42,297 nt of DNA from an uncultured Candidatus Saccharibacteria bacterium (lineage in GTDB: Bacteria; Patescibacteriota; Minisyncoccia; Minisyncoccales; PEYH01): positions 1 to 42,297 of the forward strand of contig CAZWQR010000003.1 in the NCBI GenBank assembly GCA_964636195.1, written 5' to 3'. This document shows, in pieces, positions 24,867-31,761 of this stretch. The number at the start of each line of letters is the position of its first letter. Position 1 is the stretch's first letter. The notes beneath the pieces are model-generated. The model searched no databases and had not been told where the DNA came from. It was given only the letters and a program-made list of their open reading frames with translations. Position numbers and translations under genes: made by a program.

Positions 24867-26630
24867 ATGTTAAATAACAAAACAACAAATCTCATTGCTT
24901 TCTTTCTTTTAAGTATTTGCTTTTTAGTTTGCGTTGGCAGCATCCAGAATATGTCGCTGACTATGGATGAGCAAGCCCATATACCCTCTGGTTATTCGTA
25001 TTTAAGATATCAGGACTATCGGTTGAATCCTGAACACCCGCCTTTGGCTAAAGACCTTTCAGCTATCCCGCTATTATTTTTAAACCTAAAATTCCCCACT
25101 GATCACCCCTGTTGGACTAAAGAAGTAAACAGCCAATGGAACTGTGGCACAGAGTTTATTTTTAAATCAGGCAATAACGCTGATTTGCTAATATTTAGCG
25201 CCAGAATACCAATGATTTTGCTTTTCATTCTTTTTGCTTGGTTTGTCTTCTTTTTTACTAGAAAATTGGCTGGTAATAAGGCCGCTTTAATAGCCCTAAC
25301 TTTGACTGCCTTCTCTCCTACCCTCATTGCCCATGGAAGATTGGTAACTACTGATATTGCCGCTGCCTTTGGAGCGTTATTTGCCACTTATTTCTGGGTT
25401 AAATTCTTAAAGGAACCAAATAAAAAGAATATTTTTATTGCGGGAATCACTTTAGGAATAGCTTTGTGTTTGAAATTCTCTCTTGTTCTCTTAATCCCTT
25501 CCTTAGGATTAACTACCATTATCTATGCCTTTCTTAAGGGCTCTAATAAGTTTAAATCTATCTTTTACTATGTTGGGCTTGCGCTGATAGCCGGCCTTAT
25601 CGCTGTATTTTTAATTATTTGGCCATTATATGCGTTTCATATACACAATTATCCAATAGAAAAACAAATTAGCGACACTCAGGAAATCCTCAATTCTAAC
25701 GACAACCCGCTCAAGGGATTTGGAATTTTTGTGGCAAGTAATCCCATTACTAGACCCCTAGGCCAATATCTCTTAGGCCTTTTGATGGCTACTCAAAGAG
25801 TGGCCGGCGGAAACACCGTCTATTTTCTAGGGCAAGTCTCTGGCAATGCTTGGATGAGCTACTTCCCAATAATGTATCTTCTTAAAACACCTTTAGCTTT
25901 TCATCTCTTAACTTTGCTAGCGCTAGGATTATGGCTCAATTATCTTAGAAAAACAAAGCCATTGAAAAAACCGCTCCACAAATTGGCTGATTGGATAAAA
26001 AACCACTTAGAAGAATGTGCTTTGTTAATGTTCTTTATTATCTACTGGACCACTTCCATTACCGGCAATCTTAATATAGGAGTAAGGCACATACTGCCAA
26101 CCTTTCCTATTGTCTACATCCTAATAAGCAAAGCCATTGTTGAATTTACTAAACAGTTAAAAAACAAAAGGGCTAGGATAGGAGTAACAATCACCGTTTG
26201 TATTCTTTTGGCTTGGTATATAATATCTTCTTTAATCGCCTACCCGCTTTATCTCTCTTATTACAGCGAACTGGTGGGCGGGTCTAAAAATGGATACAAA
26301 TATGCCGTGGATTCCAATTATGATTGGGGCCAAGATTTAAAACGCTTAGCCGAATTTGTAGAGAAAAATAATATTGAAAAGATAAATGTTGCCTATTTTG
26401 GGGGAGATAACTCCTATTACCGCTTAGGAGATAAATTACAAAATACTTGGATATACGAACAAGAAGAGCTAAATCATGGCTGGTTGGCTATTTCAGCCAC
26501 CTTTCTCCAAGAAAAAAGGGCTAAAGCCGCCCCTGGTTGTGACAAAAATACCACTGCCTTAAGTTGGTTAAATAAATATAAACCGGCAGGCAGGGCAGGA
26601 TATTCTATTTTTATCTACAACTTAAAATAA
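24867..26630 (+). CDS. GT-C fold glycosyltransferase, PMT/ArnT-like family (second paralog-like gene)
   Basis: Polytopic, with an early loop MDEQAHIPSGYSY...NPEHPPLAKDL typical of phospholipid-carrier-dependent glycosyltransferases. Has a large C-terminal soluble domain. Confidence 0.8.
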   Translation: MLNNKTTNLIAFFLLSICFLVCVGSIQNMSLTMDEQAHIPSGYSYLRYQDYRLNPEHPPLAKDLSAIPLLFLNLKFPTDHPCWTKEVNSQWNCGTEFIFKSGNNADLLIFSARIPMILLFILFAWFVFFFTRKLAGNKAALIALTLTAFSPTLIAHGRLVTTDIAAAFGALFATYFWVKFLKEPNKKNIFIAGITLGIALCLKFSLVLLIPSLGLTTIIYAFLKGSNKFKSIFYYVGLALIAGLIAVFLIIWPLYAFHIHNYPIEKQISDTQEILNSNDNPLKGFGIFVASNPITRPLGQYLLGLLMATQRVAGGNTVYFLGQVSGNAWMSYFPIMYLLKTPLAFHLLTLLALGLWLNYLRKTKPLKKPLHKLADWIKNHLEECALLMFFIIYWTTSITGNLNIGVRHILPTFPIVYILISKAIVEFTKQLKNKRARIGVTITVCILLAWYIISSLIAYPLYLSYYSELVGGSKNGYKYAVDSNYDWGQDLKRLAEFVEKNNIEKINVAYFGGDNSYYRLGDKLQNTWIYEQEELNHGWLAISATFLQEKRAKAAPGCDKNTTALSWLNKYKPAGRAGYSIFIYNLK

Positions 26631-26631
26631 C

Positions 26632-27396
26632 TTATTTAAGAAAAATTTTATCAAACCTAAGATCAATATAATCTAAATCGCCAAACTGTTCCTCTGGAAA
26701 TTTATTTTTAAGTAAGAGCTCCAGGTCCGATACCTGCAAAGCAACATCTTTCTCTTTACTAAAATAAAGGGAGAAATTATAGTCCTTAAGTGTAACCTTA
26801 ATTTTATCCTCTAGAATATAATAACATTTTGTTTTGAGGATAGTTTTGTCGTTTAAGTTTTGCTCAATTTCTAAAATAATATTTAGAATCTCGGTGCTTA
26901 GCAAATTGCTGCCCAAAGAAATATCCCTATCAACGCAAATCGAAAGAAGCTCTGATGCGTCTTCATTTTTCCTAAAAGCAAAGCCGGTTTTATCTATCAT
27001 AAAACAGCTATCTTCAAAACAAACTTGCGCTTTTGGTTTTCTTTCCACCACTTCTAGTAAAAGCTTATTAGGCAATTTCCTTTTGGCAACCACCTCCTTA
27101 ATAGGTAAAAAAGATTTGGCTAGTTTTGCCTCCGACTTTTTTCGATTAAAAAGAAAAATATTGTTGGTTGTAAAAAAAAGAATCCTTCTCTGGCTTTCAA
27201 CAATCTTTTCTAATTGAGAGCAATCTAAAAAATCGCAACCCTGCGCCTTGATTTGTTTAATCTCAAAGATAGGAGAAAATAAGAAAAAATAGATCAGTCC
27301 TAAAAACAAAACAACCCCTAAAAAAGAAAGCCAAAAAAATTTCCTTTTGTAAAAAGGTTTTGTTTTTTTCTTGCGTTTGTACTTTCTAACTTTCAT
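26632..27396 (-). CDS. ftsQ: cell division protein FtsQ/DivIB-like (POTRA domain)
   Basis: Basic N-terminus, a single TM helix and a POTRA-like segment (I.EIKQIKAQG...LLLEVVERKPKA). Confidence 0.7.
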   Translation of the reverse strand: MKVRKYKRKKKTKPFYKRKFFWLSFLGVVLFLGLIYFFLFSPIFEIKQIKAQGCDFLDCSQLEKIVESQRRILFFTTNNIFLFNRKKSEAKLAKSFLPIKEVVAKRKLPNKLLLEVVERKPKAQVCFEDSCFMIDKTGFAFRKNEDASELLSICVDRDISLGSNLLSTEILNIILEIEQNLNDKTILKTKCYYILEDKIKVTLKDYNFSLYFSKEKDVALQVSDLELLLKNKFPEEQFGDLDYIDLRFDKIFLK

Positions 27397-28404
27397 TTAA
27401 AAACCTCTTTTTTTACTCCGTAATTTCTCAATAAGATAATCAAACCAATATCGGCTGTTAAAAATATAATCTTGGGTTTTTAGATATTCTTTTCTTTGCC
27501 CGGAAAATCCTGTTTTGAACAAAGTGATTCCCTGCCAAGGATGTTTGGGTTTGTTTTTTGGCGCTATCCCCCAGAAGCTATAAAATTTGCAGCCCCTTCT
27601 TTTTGCCTCCTTGATTGCTTCCCATTGCAGCAGATAACTGGCAGGTACCTTGTCGTATTTTCGCAAAGAAGCGCCCTGATGATAATATCCCCTACTCTGC
27701 CAATAAATGATAATAGCCGCGGCTAATATCTCGTTTTGATATTTAGCTAAAAAGACAACGGCCTCTTGGTCTTTATTAAAAGCTAAAAACTCTTTTTTTA
27801 AATAATCTAGAGAAAAAGGAACAAAATCCTGGCGCTTGCTTGTTTTTCTATACAATTCATTGAAAATTTCTACTGCTCCCAAGTCTTCTCTTTTTAAAAC
27901 TTCTACTCCTAATTTTTCAGCTTTTCTTATTAAATAACGAGTATTTTTTCTCATATCCATCAAAAGCTCATCTTCGGATTTGCTAAGTTCTAAAAGCCAG
28001 TTGTTTTCTGGATGCACATGAATAGGCGCCTGTTTAAATCCTAGCTCTTGAAAAATTTTTTTATTCTCTTGGCTCCTCTCCCAAATCGGACAAACTCTCA
28101 AAAAACTAACTGGCTCATTTAGATTTTTTAAATAATCAAGCAGGTCTTTTAAAACCTCTTTTTTATCAGAAAGAACAAGAGGACCATGTGGACACAAAAA
28201 AAAGGAAGCCCTTTTAGCGGCTACCTTAATTATCAAGGCTACGGCCTTGAGCTCCTGGTTATCAAAAAATCCGAGATAAAAGACCTTTTCGCCCAAGCTC
28301 TTTTGGAACTCTCCCCAATTCCAAGAATGTAAGAAACTTTTCTCTTGAAAATTTTCTAAAAAGGCCTCCCATTGAGTTTTATCGTTAATTTCTTTGACTT
28401 GCAT
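27397..28404 (-). CDS. FemAB-family aminoacyl-tRNA-dependent peptidoglycan peptidyltransferase (copy 1)
   Basis: FLHSWNWGEFQ N-terminus, and a length and GNAT-duplication pattern typical of FemX/MurM-like enzymes. Confidence 0.85.
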   Translation of the reverse strand: MQVKEINDKTQWEAFLENFQEKSFLHSWNWGEFQKSLGEKVFYLGFFDNQELKAVALIIKVAAKRASFFLCPHGPLVLSDKKEVLKDLLDYLKNLNEPVSFLRVCPIWERSQENKKIFQELGFKQAPIHVHPENNWLLELSKSEDELLMDMRKNTRYLIRKAEKLGVEVLKREDLGAVEIFNELYRKTSKRQDFVPFSLDYLKKEFLAFNKDQEAVVFLAKYQNEILAAAIIIYWQSRGYYHQGASLRKYDKVPASYLLQWEAIKEAKRRGCKFYSFWGIAPKNKPKHPWQGITLFKTGFSGQRKEYLKTQDYIFNSRYWFDYLIEKLRSKKRGF

Positions 28405-28410
28405 TATTTA

Positions 28411-28419
28411 ATTTTATCA
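28411..28419 (-). promoter_or_regulatory. extended -10 (TGaTAAAAT) 6 nt upstream of the femAB-1 ATG
   Basis: Minus-strand TGaTAAAAT, then taaata, then ATG at 28404. No SD. Confidence 0.45.
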
Positions 28420-28434
28420 TAACTTTTTGCCATT

Positions 28435-28459
28435 GAAAAACGCCTTTTTTAAGGCGCTT
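28435..28459 (-). terminator. terminator after the GerMN gene
   Basis: Stem aagcgcctt/aaggcgttt (8 of 9 bp) with a 4-nt loop, followed by TTTTTC on the minus strand. Confidence 0.5.
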
Positions 28460-28478
28460 CTCACTTTTTTGTTGTTAA

Positions 28479-28970
28479 CTAGGGCTGTAAGGCGCTTTCT
28501 ACACTGCCGTTGACAGATATCACTACTTCTTCTATATTATCAAACTGTTGCAAGGTTTGTTCAATCTGGGATCTAATGGCGGTAACCAGACAAGAGCCGC
28601 CGACATTTTCCTGTAATCTAGGGCTAAAATCAACCAAAGCCCTGCCGTCTTTTACGTCTAAACTGTTAATTGCTACTCCAGAATTGATATTAGTGAAATA
28701 GCCCTCTTGTAATTCTTTCTCTGTCGGCCCTCCTAAAAGCTCTACTAAAGCACTGTAAGGAGGAAAAGAGTCGTTCTCTAAAATCCTTGTTACAGGATAA
28801 ACATTACCGCAGTCAAACATCTGAGGATCTTTTTTGCTATTGCTAAAATAAATATTAACCTTTAGCTTTGCTCCTGGCTCCTCTTGACTCTTGGGAAACA
28901 CCAGATAAGCCAACACGCCTACGGCTATAGCCGCTAATAAAACCAAAATAAAGGTTACTATTTTTTTCAT
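28479..28970 (-). CDS. GerMN-domain secreted/anchored protein
   Basis: N-terminal TM or signal segment, then a GerMN-like pattern (VNIYFSN...DCG.VYPVTR...AL.ELLGGPT..E...GY.T.I). Confidence 0.7.
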   Translation of the reverse strand: MKKIVTFILVLLAAIAVGVLAYLVFPKSQEEPGAKLKVNIYFSNSKKDPQMFDCGNVYPVTRILENDSFPPYSALVELLGGPTEKELQEGYFTNINSGVAINSLDVKDGRALVDFSPRLQENVGGSCLVTAIRSQIEQTLQQFDNIEEVVISVNGSVESALQP

Positions 28971-28975
28971 AATGA

Positions 28976-29761
28976 TTAAATCTTTAATAAATTTTTAACT
29001 TTTTGCAGCCCCGCTCCTTCTCTTTTGATCGTTCTAGTTTCTAATTCCAGCACAGTAGAAGGTTTTTGATATTTACAACTTCCTTCTACCATAAAATCAA
29101 CCTCCAAATCAACTCTTTGGAGATCTAAAGCCGCTTCTTTGCCGCTTTCGTTCACTGAAGTGGAAATAATAGGAAAACCAGCCTTTTTTATAATAGAAAT
29201 AGCAATGTTGTTTTCGGGCATCCTAACACCAACAGTTGGCAGTCCAGCGCTAACCAAATCAGAAATAACTTCTTTTTTGGGAAGTATTAAAGTCACTGGT
29301 CCAGGCAACAATCTTTTCGCTAAATCTTTTTCTCTAAGATAAGCTATCGTCTCAAGCATTTTAAAATCTGAAACTGCCAAGGACAAGGGCTTGCCAGGTT
29401 CTCTTTTCTTCAATTTTAAAAGAGCCCTCACGGCCTTATCATCCAAAGCATTACAGCCAAGCCCATAAACAGTATCAGTGGGATAAATAATAATGCCCCC
29501 TTGTTTTAAGACTTTAACTGCAACTTTAACCTTATCAATTTCTTTCTTAACCTCTATGACTTTCTTGCTACTTTTTGCGCCCTTGGTTAAAACAATATCG
29601 TCTTTATCTAACTCAAAAAAATCAGCCAGCAGATTAATAACTGCCTGATTAGCTTTACCCTTTTCTGGTTTGGCTTTTACCCTAACCTTAAAACTGCGCG
29701 CTCCAATTTGTTTGAGCGCCTCAATTTTTGAATTTGGATAAACTTTTAACTCAAACTTCAT
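28976..29761 (-). CDS. tsaC: fusion protein: N-terminal DUF167 (YggU-like) plus C-terminal L-threonylcarbamoyladenylate synthase (TsaC/YrdC)
   Basis: Residues 1 to about 75 match the DUF167 pattern (KV.PNSK....KV.VKAKPEKGKAN.A...LA....L....I....G..S..K.IEV). The remainder carries YrdC motifs (IIIYPTDTVYGLG, LLPGPVTLIL, VGVRMP). Confidence 0.85.
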   Translation of the reverse strand: MKFELKVYPNSKIEALKQIGARSFKVRVKAKPEKGKANQAVINLLADFFELDKDDIVLTKGAKSSKKVIEVKKEIDKVKVAVKVLKQGGIIIYPTDTVYGLGCNALDDKAVRALLKLKKREPGKPLSLAVSDFKMLETIAYLREKDLAKRLLPGPVTLILPKKEVISDLVSAGLPTVGVRMPENNIAISIIKKAGFPIISTSVNESGKEAALDLQRVDLEVDFMVEGSCKYQKPSTVLELETRTIKREGAGLQKVKNLLKI

Positions 29762-29767
29762 AAAAAT

Positions 29768-29796
29768 ATTTTATGATGTTCAAAGCCAAAAAACAA
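29768..29796 (-). promoter_or_regulatory. candidate promoter (TTGTTT-17-TAAAAT) 6 nt upstream of the tsaC-fusion ATG
   Basis: Minus-strand hexamers at 29796-29791 and 29773-29768, ATG at 29761, no SD. Confidence 0.5.
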
Positions 29797-29823
29797 GGCA
29801 GGGTGCTGAATTTCAGCACCCTG
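29786..29823 (-). terminator. rho-independent terminator of hpt (overlaps its stop codon)
   Basis: Perfect 11-bp stem cagggtgctga/tcagcaccctg with a 3-nt loop, followed on the minus strand by ccttgTTTTTT. Confidence 0.85.
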
Positions 29824-30415
29824 AATGATTATAAACGGCTATGTATCTCAGGCCTCGATAAAAACCCTTGTTTGTGTCTAATCCATAGCCAATTACCCAG
29901 GCATTACCCTCAAGTTCAAAACCGACATAATCAGGGCAAATAGCCTTTTTTTCTGAAACCCTGTCTAACAGGGTACAGAGTTTCAAGCTAGCAGGATTTT
30001 GAACTCTAAGTCTAGACATAACCTCTTGGGCGGTCTTCCCGGTATGAACGATATCCTCAACTGCGACAACATCTCGCCCGAACAAAGACATTTTAGGATC
30101 CAAAAGCCACCTAAGTTTTTGTTGTTCATTGTTCTTGCCCCTAGTGGAGACCGAAACAGCATCCCAAGCTACGAAGCCGACTTCGTGGCCGCATCGCCTT
30201 GAAAAAGCATCATTAACCGCTCTAGCTAAATCAGCTAAAAAAACAACGCTGCCATTCAGCACACCGACTAAAATCAGAATATATCTTTGGTTTTTGGAAA
30301 CAGCTCTTTGGTAACGAGGATAATGGTCAACAGTAATTTCTTCTGCTAGATCCTTGACTCTTTGTCGTATCGCCTCTTCGCTATAAATAATCTTGCCTAC
30401 CTCTGGATTGTTCAT
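29813..30415 (-). CDS. hpt: hypoxanthine(-guanine) phosphoribosyltransferase
   Basis: PRPP-binding motif VVAVEDIVHTGKT and an overall HPRT layout. The ATG at 30415 lies behind AGGAGG. The upstream extension to 30448 starts with TTG and is judged unlikely. Confidence 0.88.
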   Translation of the reverse strand: MNNPEVGKIIYSEEAIRQRVKDLAEEITVDHYPRYQRAVSKNQRYILILVGVLNGSVVFLADLARAVNDAFSRRCGHEVGFVAWDAVSVSTRGKNNEQQKLRWLLDPKMSLFGRDVVAVEDIVHTGKTAQEVMSRLRVQNPASLKLCTLLDRVSEKKAICPDYVGFELEGNAWVIGYGLDTNKGFYRGLRYIAVYNHSGC

Positions 30416-30440
30416 ACTTCCTCCTTTTTTGTAAGGTGCT

Positions 30441-30471
30441 AAAAGCAAAAAGCTAGCTTCAACGCTAGCTT
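30441..30471 (-). promoter_or_regulatory. terminator-like hairpin in the hpt 5' leader (possible attenuator)
   Basis: Perfect 8-bp stem aagctagc/gctagctt with a 6-nt loop, followed by TTTGCTTTT and then the SD. Confidence 0.45.
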
Positions 30472-30671
30472 GTTCTACTTTAGATATACCATAATTTATG
30501 TATTTTGAAAAGAGAAAAATAAAAAATAGGGAGAAACCAAAATAATAAGGCGTCTCTTAATTGGTGGCCTTCTAGTCGCTTTAGGCTTGCCTGCACTTAA
30601 AAAGACTAAGCACAGTATTAAACTATCTTATTTATATAATATTCTTAATATTTGGCCAGCAACACGAATCT

Positions 30672-30707
30672 CAAAAAAAGAGGGCAAGCGCTAACAGCGC
30701 ACTCGCC
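30672..30707 (-). terminator. rho-independent terminator of the PKD lipoprotein gene
   Basis: GC-rich stem gggc..gcgc/gcgc..gccc with an internal loop, followed by T7 on the minus strand. Confidence 0.75.
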
Positions 30708-30723
30708 CATTGGTTCTGTCTTT

Positions 30724-31539
30724 CTAACCAACAACCTTGAAATTATGACCAAACTCGCAAGTCAGGCCTCCACCAGACGCACACGTATCACACATATTCC
30801 AGCCAATACCCCTAACCTGATAATCTCCGGGAGGGAGATTAACCAACAATCTACCATTGCTGGGAATTGAATTGCTATCAGGCTGCTGCTGCCATGTATC
30901 AAAGTTTGCCACTACTTCATGAGAAGAGAGGTTCTCAAATACAACGATTACTCTCCTCATATCTTCTAGATGGCATCCCCCGCTGTGGATGTTGGGCTGA
31001 TAGGCAATCAGCTGAAAATTGATTGCCATAGCCGGATATTCACTAGAAACGGGAACATCCACAATAGGCGGCATATCGCATGGATCTGGGGGCACCGGTT
31101 CTGGCTCCGGCTCAGGAGGTACCGGACAAGGCGGAGGACACGGCGGAGGACACGGCGGAGGTGGAGATGGAGGCGTTGGTTGCGGCGGCTCAACAATCAC
31201 AATTGTAGAAGTTGCGTCGCCACAGCCAACAGTTCTTCCATTAGAACACCGAGCTACCACCGATAGTAAAACCGAGTAGATCCCGGCTGTGCTATAGGTA
31301 TGCGTCGGATCCTGCTCCATACTCGCCGACCCATCACCAAACTGCCACTTGTACTCGTAGTGAGCTCGACACTGTTGGCAACCGTCAAGAATAGTTTGAA
31401 AGCTTACTGTTTCTCCAACGACCGCCCGATTTTGCGCCTGAATACCAATATCCAGCGGAATTGGAGCCATCATCATACAGCCCGCAAGGACTATTGAAAG
31501 TCCTCCAAGGACTGCCAACAATACTACCCTTCTATTCAT
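30724..31539 (-). CDS. lipoprotein with PKD domain, Pro/Cys-rich hinge and unknown C-terminal domain
   Basis: Signal peptide with lipobox LAGC. PKD signature WQFGDGS...HTY...G.Y.V.L. Linker PPQPTPPSPPPPCPPPCPPPCPVPPEPEPEPVPPDPC. GGGAGG lies 5 nt upstream. G+C is much higher than the flanks. Confidence 0.8.
   Translation of the reverse strand: MNRRVVLLAVLGGLSIVLAGCMMMAPIPLDIGIQAQNRAVVGETVSFQTILDGCQQCRAHYEYKWQFGDGSASMEQDPTHTYSTAGIYSVLLSVVARCSNGRTVGCGDATSTIVIVEPPQPTPPSPPPPCPPPCPPPCPVPPEPEPEPVPPDPCDMPPIVDVPVSSEYPAMAINFQLIAYQPNIHSGGCHLEDMRRVIVVFENLSSHEVVANFDTWQQQPDSNSIPSNGRLLVNLPPGDYQVRGIGWNMCDTCASGGGLTCEFGHNFKVVG
31130..31162. repeat. 12-bp tandem repeat (ggcggaggacac, about 2.75 copies) encoding the CPPP repeats
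   Basis: Direct reading gives 31130-31141 = 31142-31153, then a partial copy. Confidence 0.85.
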
Positions 31540-31714
31540 AACAACCTCCCTCGGCCTTTGGCCTTCGGCTTTAGGCCATATTTTTAACTTCCAAAGTTAT
31601 TAATGTGCTTCAATTATAATTTTGTCATACTTTTTTCAATTTGTCAATAATGAACTTTCAAAAGTTACAATGCGTAATCCAAACACATAAAAGTTATATT
31701 CTCTTATATAACCC

Positions 31715-31757
31715 AAAAAGGCCTCCGCAAGCATTTCGGCTAGCGGAGGCCTTTTTA
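31715..31757. terminator. bidirectional rho-independent terminator (ends the lysS...degT operon)
   Basis: Perfect 9-bp stem ggcctccgc/gcggaggcc with a 14-nt loop, flanked by A5 upstream and T5 downstream. Confidence 0.85.
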
Positions 31758-31761
31758 TTTT

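Noticed and set aside
25103-27726. Antisense ORFs 25103-25387, 26834-27217 and 27496-27726.
   Set aside because: They lie inside the GT-C, ftsQ and femAB genes on the opposite strand and are typical AT-rich shadow frames.
28510-30314. Plus-strand ORFs 28510-28701, 29139-29342, 29999-30202 and 30129-30314.
   Set aside because: They lie opposite the GerMN, TsaC-fusion and hpt coding regions and have no independent signals.
30652-31497. ORFs 30652-30870, 30970-31266 (Arg-rich), 31008-31196, 31019-31279 (Gly-rich) and 31300-31497 around the PKD lipoprotein gene.
   Set aside because: The Arg- and Gly-rich translations are the alternative or antisense readings of the Pro/Cys-rich hinge. The minus-strand frame with the lipobox, the PKD signature, the SD and a terminator is the coherent one.
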